Source of the DNA: Chlorokybus atmophyticus
Lineage: Eukaryota > Plantae > Mesostigma and Chlorokybus algae
DNA length: 64,000 nucleotides
Assembly (NCBI GenBank): GCA_009103225.1
Contig: RHPI01000008.1
Location: 486,015 to 550,014, forward strand
Reading direction: 5' to 3'
In this document: positions 1 through 11,413 of the stretch, piece after piece
Layout of the letters: each line of letters opens with the position of its first letter
How positions within the stretch are numbered: position 1 is the stretch's first letter
The notes under the pieces: model-generated
The model's database searches: none
What the model was told of the DNA's origin: nothing
The model's input: only the letters and a program-made list of their open reading frames with translations
Position numbers and translations under genes: made by a program

Positions 1-920
1 ATGTGCACGCTCACGGCACGTCAGCTGGACTGGTGCTGAGGTACGCAGTTCACCATCTCCCTTGATTGTGGAGTGCAATACATCAACTACGATATGGTAC
101 ATAGCGTCTGTCACGTGCAGTTGGCGGACGGACATGGTGGCCATCCCTGAGCCTAGTGAAGCCGCAACAACTTTCTTAGCAGCGGCAGCAGATGAAACTC
201 CGTTTACCACAATGGCAGAGTTGTGCGACACTGCACCAGCCATAACCATCAGCGGCATACTGCATGTGTATGCTGGCAGACACACGCAGGTGAGCCTCGT
301 CACGTGAAGCTGCTACTCCATCCTCCTCTGTTTACTGCTATTCCATCCTCCATGCACTGTGCTTTGCACTGGTGCTGGACTGCAAATCTGTTGGCAGGTG
401 TTGGAAAATGGAGAGGAGATAGGCGCCTTCCTTTTCAGACGAGCGCTTCCGGCAGTTACTCTGGACGTGAACGCAGTGCACATGCTGGTAATGGCATCCT
501 CATGGTTTGGTAGCGCATGGCACACTTCATTGCTCTTGGCTTGGAGAGCTGACTACTATCTTGCTGCACTTGTACCTACAGACTGGCATCTGGCGCAACC
601 GCATCATCACCGCCGACGGCTTTGTTCCATCACCGCTGGTGGAGGCCCTTGTGGCGTGTGGCGCAAAAGCAGTGATTGCACGGACTCATGCGCAGCCGCC
701 AAAGGACTCAACATCTGTTTCGCAAGTCGTGCATGCGGCTGCGGGCGCCAGTGAGTTGACCCCTTCTCCTGGGAAGGATGTTGTGCAATTCTTCACTGCC
801 TTGAACAAGGCGCTGTTCGTGTATGATGAGGATGTCCAGACTGCGTTTGCGGCAGCCATGGATGCAGTGCCAGGTTGCAAACAGTATCGATGTCGTGTAA
901 ATGTTGACTTGAAACAGTAA
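1..920 (+). CDS. PLA1: Patatin-like phospholipase A I, C-terminal exons (5' part outside window)
   Basis: Spliced peptide SWRTDMVAIPEP...LHVYAGRHTQ|VLENGEEIGAFLFRRALP...|TGIWRNRII...CGAKAVI...QYRCRV matches the C-terminus of plant pPLA-I as I recall it (SWRNDVFIVAEP, HRYIGRQT, FMFRRTVP, GAWRDRII, SGAKAVI). GT-AG introns; TAA at 918-920. Confidence 0.85.
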
Positions 921-1313
921 ACTATGTTGTGGACTTGCGTGTAAAGATCTCAGACACTATCGTGCATCAAGTTGGTTGACAGGCGGTAGATTACAACTGG
1001 TTGCTGAGGGTTTGTGCTGTCTGTTTGCGCATGGAAGTTGAGCAAATACAGCAGGACAATCTGGAAGGGGATGTTGCACACTACACCAATTGAGCAGATA
1101 GATTCTTGTTGCAATGATGTCGCATAGGAGCTGCTTAACAAGCAGCCGCTTGTCAAGCAGCTCTTCTGCGAGTTATGTATAGTGCATACTTGTGAAAGCA
1201 AACGAGGAGTAAGCTATGTGTGCTGTCGCATTGCACTGCAAGCTGCATGTAGCGTACAACAAGGAGTGTTTTCCTTCAACAATGATTTTGCTGTTTTGTG
1301 CGCAGACATATGT

Positions 1314-2464
1314 CTATGCATTGGGGTGCTTGGCGTAGTACTCTTCTTCATTCACTATAAGCTCTATTTCACGACCCTCGGGAACCTCCCACGGCTTCCA
1401 CTCTGCCAGACGAGCTTAGCAGACATCAAAACACACCCACACCATGCAAGACCATGGCTCCATCAGGCGCCACAACACGATCAGCCACAGTCACTTCAGC
1501 ACCAACCAACGTTCAACATGACACACATACAGCAACATGTGGCTCCACCACGCGACAACTACGCAACCAATCACCCACCTGCCATCTTGGGAATCAGGCC
1601 GTGCTCGCCCTCAACGCTTCGAACCACCTCCTCTATCTGACCCAGCCCGATGCGGTTTTCAATCTACCCGCGCAGTGCATGAGTAAGTTGGTAGTTGTGT
1701 AGGACATATTCCAATGGCACGCATGCATGCATGTGTTGCCATCACCTCGTTGACGTCCTCCGACTCTTTGCACACTTTTAGGTAATGGTGTGCAAAGCCC
1801 TCTACACTTTTCCTGTATGTAACGTTGACATTGTTAAGTAGGAAAGGTATCAGCCAGGATGGCGATGCACTGTTCATGTTCACGTCAAGATCTGGTACCT
1901 CACCGAGGCATACACATTGGACGACAGAGTGAGCACAACTCGTAGCTTATAAACTGTCAACAGAACTAAAAAACACGATTGCACAGCCCTGACGTAGATG
2001 GTTTTGGCGTTGGACAGCAGCTACATGCAAGCATGCACATCACAATGCAAGTTGTTGAACCCCAACATGCCCCACCAATGCACACTCAAACACGCTCCTG
2101 TCCTGACCCTTGAACACAAGTACTCAACAGGCATAACCTAGCGCTCGCACCTGTACTGCGCGTCCTTGGGTATGTTGTGCGCTTCCAAGAGGTCCAGCGC
2201 TCTGCGGGCGGCGGCAATGAGCGCTCCCCTGCCGTCCTCAAGGACTGGCAGCCCGACGACGCCTGTGCTCTCCTTCACCTACGTACATGCAGAGGAATCA
2301 ATGCAAAGCAGTCATGCAGCTGTAGGACAGAACTTCTGACTTCTTCTTATAGCTCAAGTGGCAATGCAAGCCTGCTTGATGGTCAGCTAATGTCTCCTCA
2401 CCGCCGCCGCTGCTGCGGCCGTCGTGTGCAATCGCCGAGCGGCCGCCGCTGCCAGGCGCAGCAT
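1314..2464 (-). CDS. NDUFA5: NADH dehydrogenase 1 alpha subcomplex subunit 5 (B13), 5 exons
   Basis: Presequence-like MLRLAAAAARRLHTT, then VKESTGVVGLPV..IPKDAQYR|KSVEGFAHHYLKVCKESEDVNE|IENRIGLGQIEEVV..KMA|EWKPWE; TAG at 1314-1316. Confidence 0.92.
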
Positions 2465-2721
2465 GGCGTCCTCCTCCTGTTGCTGCTACTGCTGGCTGCC
2501 AGCAAGGTAGACGGCAATCAGGCCACAGACCAGGCCGCAGCCAGGCCAGAAAAACCCTAAAAAGCCTGGCGTAACGCATCGTATCTTGGTACACGTATCC
2601 GGGTTATCAAGTTACGTAGCTCAGGTTGACCCAGGTATGCGGTGACCCTGGACGGAAACTGTCCACCGCTTTCTGCCATGCGGTGGGCCGGTCACCGGCT
2701 GCCCTTTCAGCGCAGAGTCAA

Positions 2722-5183
2722 ATGCAGCGCTGCACTGCATTGAGGCGGCAGCCTGGCTGTGGGGGTGTCATCGTTGCTGTCCTCGTTGTCCACGTCGGCG
2801 TCGTCACTGACGTCAGGGGTGGGTCGATTATTGTTCCTCATTGCAGTGCCCCCACCCCCACCCCCCACCCATCTTTAAGGAGAGACAATCACTTGGGCCC
2901 AGGGCTGCGCCCCAATTGGGCTCTGATCTGGCCTCCTCCTGCTTGGGAAGTGTACAACCTGACTTGGTCAAAAACATTCACTGCTTCAAAGTGAGGGGCT
3001 ACATTGCGCTTGGATTGGCAACCCCTTGTACAATTGTGAACAATTCGCATCACTTACATCACCCCACACGCAATGGCGCTGCACCTGGTCTTCACCTCCT
3101 CCCGTCCCAGACTCGCATCAACAACAGCTTCAAGCAAGGGGGTGGTGCAGCAGCAGGACAGGACCAGCAGAGGACTGTTAGGAGTCACAGTATCATCACC
3201 TACACTAAGACCCAGCAGCAGGTCCTGGACCCGGCCTGCGAGGTTTGTACAGCGGAGGACTGGGAGTGTGATAGTGGTGGCCTCGTATACTACGGGTGTG
3301 TCGGAGCATGAGCCCGAGGATGAGAAGATACGTGATGGAGGGAACGCGCCTATAAGGGAGCGTGAGGTATGCGTGTGTGAGGTCTGGCTGGTGGTGAGTT
3401 GTTGCAGCTGAGTGTGTTGTGCACAAAGCCGAGTTTCGTACGTGCTGTTGTTGCACACGACGTCCCAGTGTGTGCGCAGCGTCAGATTAGCACATCACGA
3501 GTCAGACATATTAGCACATATGTGCGCACACGCGCGTGCGCAGGAGCGTGTGCACTCTATCGCTTGCAGACCGGCTGGTGAGCGTGCACGCGTGCGTTTA
3601 TGTGTACACGCGCGCACGCGAAGGGGGGGGAGGGGCATGACAATGAGTTGCACACCAAAGAACACGAACACACCCACATGTGCACACTGAGTGCGTCCTG
3701 AAGTTCAAACCATCCGAGTACGCGCTGCATCTCGCACATCTGTTTGCTGGCATACGACCGACCAATCGACTGTGTATGTATCTGCACGTCAGTTGATCAC
3801 GATGAAGGAAGCTGTGCGGTCAGACTGCGCCAACGCCCGCCGCGCCATCCACAACGTCCGCAAGGTGAAGTACACAATACTCTACATCACGCTTGCTTGT
3901 GGTGGGTTCCGTGCGCGTGGGCGTGGGCGTCAGTGTGGGTGCGCGCATAGGCGCGTGTGCGTGTGGGTGCATGTGTGCGCGTGTGTGCGCATGAGTGTGC
4001 ATTTCTATGCGTGCGTGTACGCTGGTACATGTGTATATGTTGTTCACCATACCAACAACACCTCATCGCCAGGTTGTAGACAGCGTATTCGCCGCCTCAG
4101 ACCCCGACATCTCCGACTCCTTCCAAGACTTAATCTTCCACCGTGCTCGCGACCGCAAGCGTCGAGAGGAGTCGTCATTCACGCGTGACAAGCGACTCTC
4201 CCACCTCAAGCAGTTGGTTATAATGAGTGTGGCGTGGGAGGCGGTGATGTGGGGCCTGCGGTCGATATCCGCGCTGTACAGACGGTGTTGGAGTCTGCGG
4301 CAAGGAGGCGGTGGTGTTTGTGATGTGGATGGTGGTGTGGGGGAGGAAGATGATGTTGATGGACATACCACAAGCCCAGCCAAGATGATGCACCAAGTGC
4401 TGCAGCGCGCGGAGATACGGCGCAGCGTGCTCAACCTCATCCAAGAGTTTGCCATCCAGGTGAGATTCAACCTGTTACTTGAACATGCGCGCGCGCGCAT
4501 GCATATCACACACACTCGCGCACTCGTGCGCACGCTTACGCGCGTGCACATACCTGCATGCACAAGCATAAGCACACACGCAATCGTACATGCGCATACT
4601 CGCAATCGTGTTGGTGGTGCATTGTATGACATGAACAACTTCTTTCTCCCTCCAGGGTGAGGACCACAACACGCGGGCCCGCAACCTGCGCAGACTAGCC
4701 AGCGACATGAGTCAGCTGGCGACGCGCAACAGCAGTTACGCTGCTGCGCCCCGCACGGACCCGTTCCTCGACCTGCTGGGGACAAACAACCTCCTCACAC
4801 CCTCGCTACTACCCGACCCCACCATATGGCGCTACTTTGGCCCAGGTAACAATGTTGTGTTGGTGTCACAGCTTTCGATCACGTCATGTGTGACACACCT
4901 TGTGCACATTCACACATGCACATCCATGCCGAGTCGTGTGCACATACTAAAACTACACTGACACACATACGAGCACGCACACGTGCGCGCGCACACACAC
5001 GCATACACACGCACGCACGCACGCACGCACGCCTGATTACAAACAGTCTGTTACTCAACGTGTGGTTTGTCTCTGTGTTCAGATATTGGCACCGAGTTGG
5101 AGGCGTGCGCCGACGAGTTGATGGTTGTTGCCGTCGAGTTGCAGAACGTGTCGCGGATGCCATCGGACTACTTCGAGTATTGA
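2722..5183 (+). CDS. Uncharacterised multi-exon protein, possibly plastid-targeted
   Basis: Six GT-AG-bounded exons (approx. 2722-2990, 3110-3368, 3792-3865, 4073-4459, 4657-4846, 5083-5183) that read as one continuous protein. S/T/R-rich N-terminal region; TGA at 5181-5183. No family recognised and the start codon is uncertain. Confidence 0.6.
3525..5040. repeat. Alternating purine-pyrimidine low-complexity tracts in introns
   Basis: (gc/gt/ac)n runs at about 3525-3620, 3915-4030, 4485-4600 and 4960-5035; also at 28535-28590. Confidence 0.8.
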
Positions 5184-7212
5184 TGCACGCGCGCCATTGC
5201 GCGTGGCAGTGGAGTGGGACACCTATTCTTTCGATTGTTTGTGCCGTGATGTACAGGCACCAGTTGGATGTGGATGTGGATGTGGAGTGTACAATGTACT
5301 TGTAGTGTAATGGGGCCAGCACAAAGCTGGTGTTGTAAGGATAGTGGGGTTCAGTAGTCATACAACGATGATGGACTGCTTTGCTAGCAGATTGTACAGT
5401 ATAGAAGATGCGATTAGATGGCAGGCATGGGATTGATCAAACACTACAACGGGATTGTTCAGTGTGCATACTAGTAAGTGAGAACCTCACTGTTCCTACC
5501 GATTGACCTCACTGAGGTTGCTGCTCAATGCCTGCTTGTACTAACAATTGACTACACGCTTGGCAGCAGCTATGTGTTGCTACTCACGACTGACTGTACG
5601 CTTGATATGCGAAAGTGCGCTTAATGGCAACTTTCTCTCACGTGACAGGTGCGGTGGTTGCTAATTGGAGCATAAAAGGGCTTGCTACCCTTTTATGCTC
5701 CAATTCGTTGAGGAACATGGCGTACTGCTGCTACTGTTAATTTGCTCTTTGCTTGGCTCATGCTACCTTACTGCCACCCACCCCATTCCCATTCCTCCCC
5801 ACCTTGCTGAGCTTGTTGTGGCATGCGTTGTGGTCATGCGCTTGCGGTGTTGCTGTAAGTACAAATGGTACGATCGTTGCTGCTTATGCACAAGATAGTG
5901 CACGAGCAATGCAGTATAGCTGGACACAGTTATCAATCTATACAGACCTGCTAGTTTTGGAGATTTCTGTACATAATCTCTGCAGCAGAGAGGTGGCGAG
6001 GGAGAGAGGGAGAGCAGGGGGGAGGGAGTTGTCATCGTGTGCTGTTAGTCTTTGCCATTGCCATTGCCAACACCGACTGGCAAACAGCCCGTGTGGACAG
6101 GCATTATTGGTATTGTGAGTTGCTTGGAGATCATGCTTGTTAAGGTAGAGGTAAACATACCACACAACCTGGCGGTGATAGGGCAAGCTGTTGTTTTGTT
6201 GATCACTGCATACTGTCAATGTGATGACCATGATGGTAAATGTGCATGTTATGTTCTAGCATGAGATCAAAAAGTGTATGTACAACGCCATGCTAGCATG
6301 CGTAGCTGCCCAGTTCAAATTACCGTACAAGTTTTGCAGGTAAGTTTGCACTAAGAAGTATACAAATACCCAAGGTTGCTGCTGTCAGAACCACCAACAC
6401 AACCGAAATGAGCACAGCAACCACAGTTACACCAACAGCCAAGACAACACCATTGACATTAACAGTCAATACACGTACGCTTGCTATACTATCTGTATGC
6501 TTGCTATACTAGCAAGTTCTGTTGCCAATACGGCAAGGAAGAAGAATGACGCGCAACACAACACAACTGCGCAACAGTGCGGTTGCTAGCAGAAGCTGCT
6601 GCATAGTCAAAAGACAACCTAGTTTATGTATAATGCGCCAACTACAGCACTGACAACGTGATGGTCGATATCAACCAGCAACAAACTAGTGTACAACAGG
6701 GGGAGGTCTGTACGCCAGGGGTTTTGTTATAGCAACTGCTGCCGTATAAAGAGTTGTAAGAGTCAACCGGTCACAACTTGTCCTCCTCACTTCGCTCGAA
6801 TACTATTTAGTGGTGCTGCCATCTTCAACCGCTCAAGGCTGCATCACAACAAGCACAACAGATTTGAGTAACAAGCAGGAAGGCAACTACAACAACAACA
6901 ATAACACTAAGCCATGCATGCATCAGTGAAGTGTTCAGAACACCAGTGAATAGTTGACGATGACGAGGCTGACTACAGAAGCAATGACTGAGGCAAGAAT
7001 CACGACAGCAACAACTACATGCACACAACAATGTGACTGGTATAAGCTAGCTGTAGCCATGCTTGCATGCATCAGTACAAGACTGTAGTGCTTAAGCAAG
7101 TGGCAACGGTAAACGTGTACCACCAGTACGTCTGCATAAGCACAACATGTGCAACTCCACACCTGAAAGGTAGCAGGGGTGGGTTGGAGCCTGAGAGGCA
7201 TGGGGTTGGGCC

Positions 7213-8540
7213 TTAGTTGCGGAAGTGATGGTGATGTGGGAAGTGGAGGTGGTGTGACTGGGCGGGCGGTGAGGCTACCTCCTGAGGTGTGCCTGGCGAC
7301 GGCAGCGGGGAGGAGGGCATGGAAGAGCATGAGGATGCGCAGCACTGCTCGGGGCTGATGGATATCAGCATGTGGGAGTGCCTGCCATAGACACTGTGCT
7401 CGTGGAGGTGAACGCTGCCGCTATCCCTGTCGCTGTCGGCGGAGGTCACCTTCTTGATGCTGTTGTGGGCCACCTGGTCGACCGCAGCCTGCTGCAAGTT
7501 GTTGATGGTCTGCTTCTCAGCTGAGGCGACGACGGCGTCCTGGCCCGAATGGGCTCCATGCAGGTGCATGCCGAACACCATTTGCCTCACAACAACGCCC
7601 ACAACTGCACCCGCACCCACGCACACCAACACACACCACACCAGCAAAGACGCTAACAGCTTCCCTTCTTCTTCTCTCACGACCTCTTCGCCACTACCAC
7701 AAGCGTCTATTGGCCACCTCTAAGGTTGCACGCCTTCCTCAAACACACACAGCAACAGAACAACCCAGAAGCAGACGCTCACACTGAGCCTGTGTCGTTT
7801 CTCTCCCACGTTTATATACCCGGTACACTTATGTACCCGTCTGACTACACTGTATGACAGAGTGACAGCCCCTTGCTTGAAGCAGGCAAAAGCGCGCACC
7901 GCAGCAATGGTACCAAACAAAAGAGGAGCACAGTGATGTGATGTGGGGCAAAGCAGGCAAAACTTTACCGCAAAAGCGCCCATTTGGCCTTTCGGGGGGC
8001 CATGATGCACGCACAAAATTGACACCTCATCGGTCGCACGGGCCCCATCACTGTCCAGAGGCTGGCTGAGCCAGACAATGCGCGCCGCAAGCGCTGACGT
8101 ACTTGCCACAGTGGCGGTGTACTGCCAGCCTTGCTGGCAATAGCACCTGGTACGGTACCAATAGCATGATACGCTTAGGCATGTTTGGTGCACTGCGCGC
8201 CTATACCATGACGTCACAAGCTGCCGCGGAATCGGTACGGTTGCACGCTTGACCGGGTAGAAGCGGCCGTTACGTACACAACATTGCGAAGCTAGGCTAG
8301 CTGCTGGATTTCTGGTGCACTGGCCGGTGCTACTGGTAGTACCCATTTAGTACTACGCAATCTGATCCTGTGTGATACAGGTGATACTTTGGTTTGGCGG
8401 TCTCGTCACTGGGAGGCCATGTCAGTAAGTCTAACGTGTGACATATAATGTATCACACACACCTAGGCCTACCGGCATTGGCCCCGTGGCTGCGGCTCAA
8501 AAAGTGAGCAGCGCAAGCAATGGCGGCATGCGGAATCATT
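7213..8540 (-). CDS. Unresolved gene; only the terminal His/Ser/Pro-rich exon (about 7611-7213) is well supported
   Basis: Acceptor gggtgcag followed by an open GC3-rich frame (DAVVASAEKQTINNLQQAAVDQ...HHLHFPHHHHFRN*). I could not order the upstream exons reliably. Confidence 0.35.
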
Positions 8541-8683
8541 CAGTGGCGGCGGATGATGGGAATCGTTGCGTATTGACGAGTAAATGGCCTCACATTTTGC
8601 TACGGACCTCTGAATGAAGGGCGCGCGGGCCAAATGGGACTTTTTCCCGTTTGTCCGGTTGTGCTGGAACTTCCAGCCCTGTA

Positions 8684-8733
8684 CCAGGCCCTGGTCAAAG
8701 CTGGCTTCCAGCCTGGCTTTGACCAGGGCCTGG
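8684..8733. repeat. TA-flanked 50-bp hairpin; 23-bp perfect inverted repeat when flanks are included (8679-8701 / 8716-8738)
   Basis: ctgtaccaggccctggtcaaagc is the exact reverse complement of gctttgaccagggcctggtacag. Confidence 0.8.
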
Positions 8734-8735
8734 TA

Positions 8736-8911
8736 CAGCCTTCCCTCGTTAAGAGACTTCGGTTTGAAAGAGTAACTCTGTTGAAATCAGAATTGCAAAA
8801 GACTAAATGTCTACAGGCAATTGTTGGTAGTGAAGACAATCTTCTCGTACATAACAAGACCAAAGAAATGGCTCATACTTTCTAGTTGAGCTATCTTATA
8901 ACGAGGGAATG
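8736..8911. mobile_element. Short Tc1/mariner/pogo-like MITE
   Basis: TA|cagccttccctcgttaaga ... tcttataacgagggaatg|TA: imperfect TIRs, TA on both sides, ends similar to the element at 55837. Confidence 0.5.
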
Positions 8912-9873
8912 TATCTTGTTAGCAGCATGCATACTCCAGGATTAATATGATAACATCATCGTTAATTCATGACTATTCGGATAAGTTATGAACATTACAT
9001 GTGCATGTGTACAATCATAGCACATCAGCATGTGATAACGTGAATTGAAGGGTAACAGCAAATACCCTTATTTGTATGATAATTAATCTTATCATACAAA
9101 TACATATTACAAACGGTAGCAAAACTGTTTTCTTAAGCATGTGAAAGGGAAATGAGAAGCTCTGAGATGAATGTGATTCTTATGACGAGAGAAGGTTGTA
9201 CAGTCTAACAGCCTCAGATCTATAGCCTAACAGCTTCAGATCCATGATTTAACAACCGCACACATTTGCGGACGTTGTCAATTCACCTCGGCCAGTGCAT
9301 AAATTTGTTACCAATCACGAATATAAAAAGCCATACAAGCGGCACAATGTACACGACTATGTTATATAAGCAACAGGCACGCTTGAATGTAAGCACGACA
9401 TCTACTCTAATGGGACAGTCTCACGCAATTGGATTCGCGATGCATTAGTGTAAAGTGATGACAAGCGTGCTTGAATTATGTGCAATGTGCGTACGTAATT
9501 ACTTATAAGTGTGACATGTTCGCATGTTGATACACAGCTGCCTAAACATGATCTTATTACATATAGCATGTATATCTCAATACAACCTTTTCTCATGTAC
9601 AGTCATTCTGGCAAACTCAAGGCGAGGACTGTATTGAGACATCAAAATCCCCCTTTCATATCTTAATAGATATGGCAATCACGAATACATAGCAACTGAA
9701 CTTTGCTTGATCATGATATGCAAGTTTTACATAACACCAGCGTCATGTTTTGCGTAAACGTTTCATAGTTTAATAAGCACAAAATTCAACTCTAAAAGAG
9801 TTTTTATTTTTATATTGCAAAACCTTTATTTCAAAACACTATCATGAAAGACATGGATGCGTAGTAAGTTATA

Positions 9874-9998
9874 CTATATATGTGCGAATGGACCTCCCCC
9901 CTCCCTATTACAACAGGCCCCATTGATTGGGGGGGGGGGGCCGAGGGGGGGGCTTTTCAAGCAAATTGTAAAGGGGGGTTGTATTCGCGCGAATATGG
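9874..9998. mobile_element. Degenerate TIR relic (Tc1/mariner-like MITE)
   Basis: Left end ctatatatgtgcgaatggacctcccc and reverse-complemented right end ccatattcgcgcgaatacaacccccc share about 17/25 positions, many differences being C/T. Contains a G12 run. Confidence 0.3.
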
Positions 9999-11374
9999 CA
10001 AACAGTACGAGCGCTATACATAAAAATCTGAACAATTCACATTCACTACACCTATTATGATACAAACTCGATGCAATATGTGTATAGTAAAATACGCACC
10101 CATATGGACACTATATATAGATTGAGCTCGTTTACATGCTTTACTTATATATACAATGGTAATTCAGCATTAGTGAACATAAGACCTAAACTTATGTTTA
10201 CATATAATGTAATTGATTTATGCAGCACTTTATGCACCATGTGTTGTATAAGCTTATGTCTAACATTTCGTGGACATGCCAACATCGTTTTGTGTTTGAC
10301 CTTGCCCCATTTGTTGCACTATGCGTGACGAGGGTACACTGTTGGTTGGTGCACACGAAGGGCCATATTCAAAATACGCATCAACACGACATTATGCGAG
10401 TCGTATGATTAAGTGCGACGCATCAACAGCAAAGAGGTGGTGTTGATGTTAGCCTTCAATTAATGCTGTTTACATAGCATGGCCTATGTTGCGGCTATGC
10501 TTGTGGCACATATGATTTCACAATATACCACGAGCTTAGATCAGCTTATGCATGAGCTTAATACGGCATTGCATTGCACTTGCATTCATGTATTGTAAAG
10601 GAGTGCAAATCTGCACTCTTTTACAATATATATAACACATATGTATATGTATTGGGTTCAACAACATTAATAATACGGTGCTGCTTGTATCTGTGGTTAC
10701 ATGTCGCGTAGCATATCACATCTTTAACCCGAAGGCTTGGGTAAGCTTGTATGCTCTGCGTCACATAGGCCCTGGAATGCAAGCAGATACAAGGCAATAA
10801 TGAACATGTGTGTTGTACCACACACATACACTGCACGCAACCACCAAAGCTCAATTCTTTTTCACAATTCAGACGAACGAGCAAGCATGCGGTTGGCAAC
10901 ATCTACTATGCCTTTCAACACTACTCACACACACTACCACACGTACAAACACCTGATACCATTATTCAAAACTCAACATATGCGGGCGTCCGCCTGGACA
11001 CTCACAACATGCCTCCTAGCGCTACGTCCTTCTCCGTCGTCATAGGCTCAGTGTGTAGGGGTCCATAGCTGGGCATTGCATAAGCTCAAGCTATGCTGCT
11101 TGTGCATTTCAGTCCAATGGCATTGCCTTGTCAGTTCAAGTGGGCACTTGCGCGCTTGCTGATTAATATATCCAAGATGGACACCAACATATAAGACTCC
11201 GTAACACATTGGTTTCCAACATGGTTACGTATGCAGTGCTGTATGGTATCCATAACCGCACATGGATGTCATGTGACATCTTAGACCAAGACAAAGTTCA
11301 TCATTAAGGCTTCGTGGTTTGTCAGAATACTCACCTCCGTTAACATAGGTAGAAACACACAACTTGATGCAAGG

Positions 11375-11413
11375 GGCGTGTCGTGCGATCCGGGGGGACA
11401 ACTCGTGGACGGA
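11375..11413 (+). repeat. Left terminal inverted repeat
   Basis: ggcgtgtcgtgcgatccggggggacaactcgtggacgga, preceded by aagg. Confidence 0.92.

Noticed and set aside
8634-8885. 83-aa ORF over the hairpin/MITE nest
   Set aside because: Lies across inverted repeats and TIRs, with no protein-like motifs.
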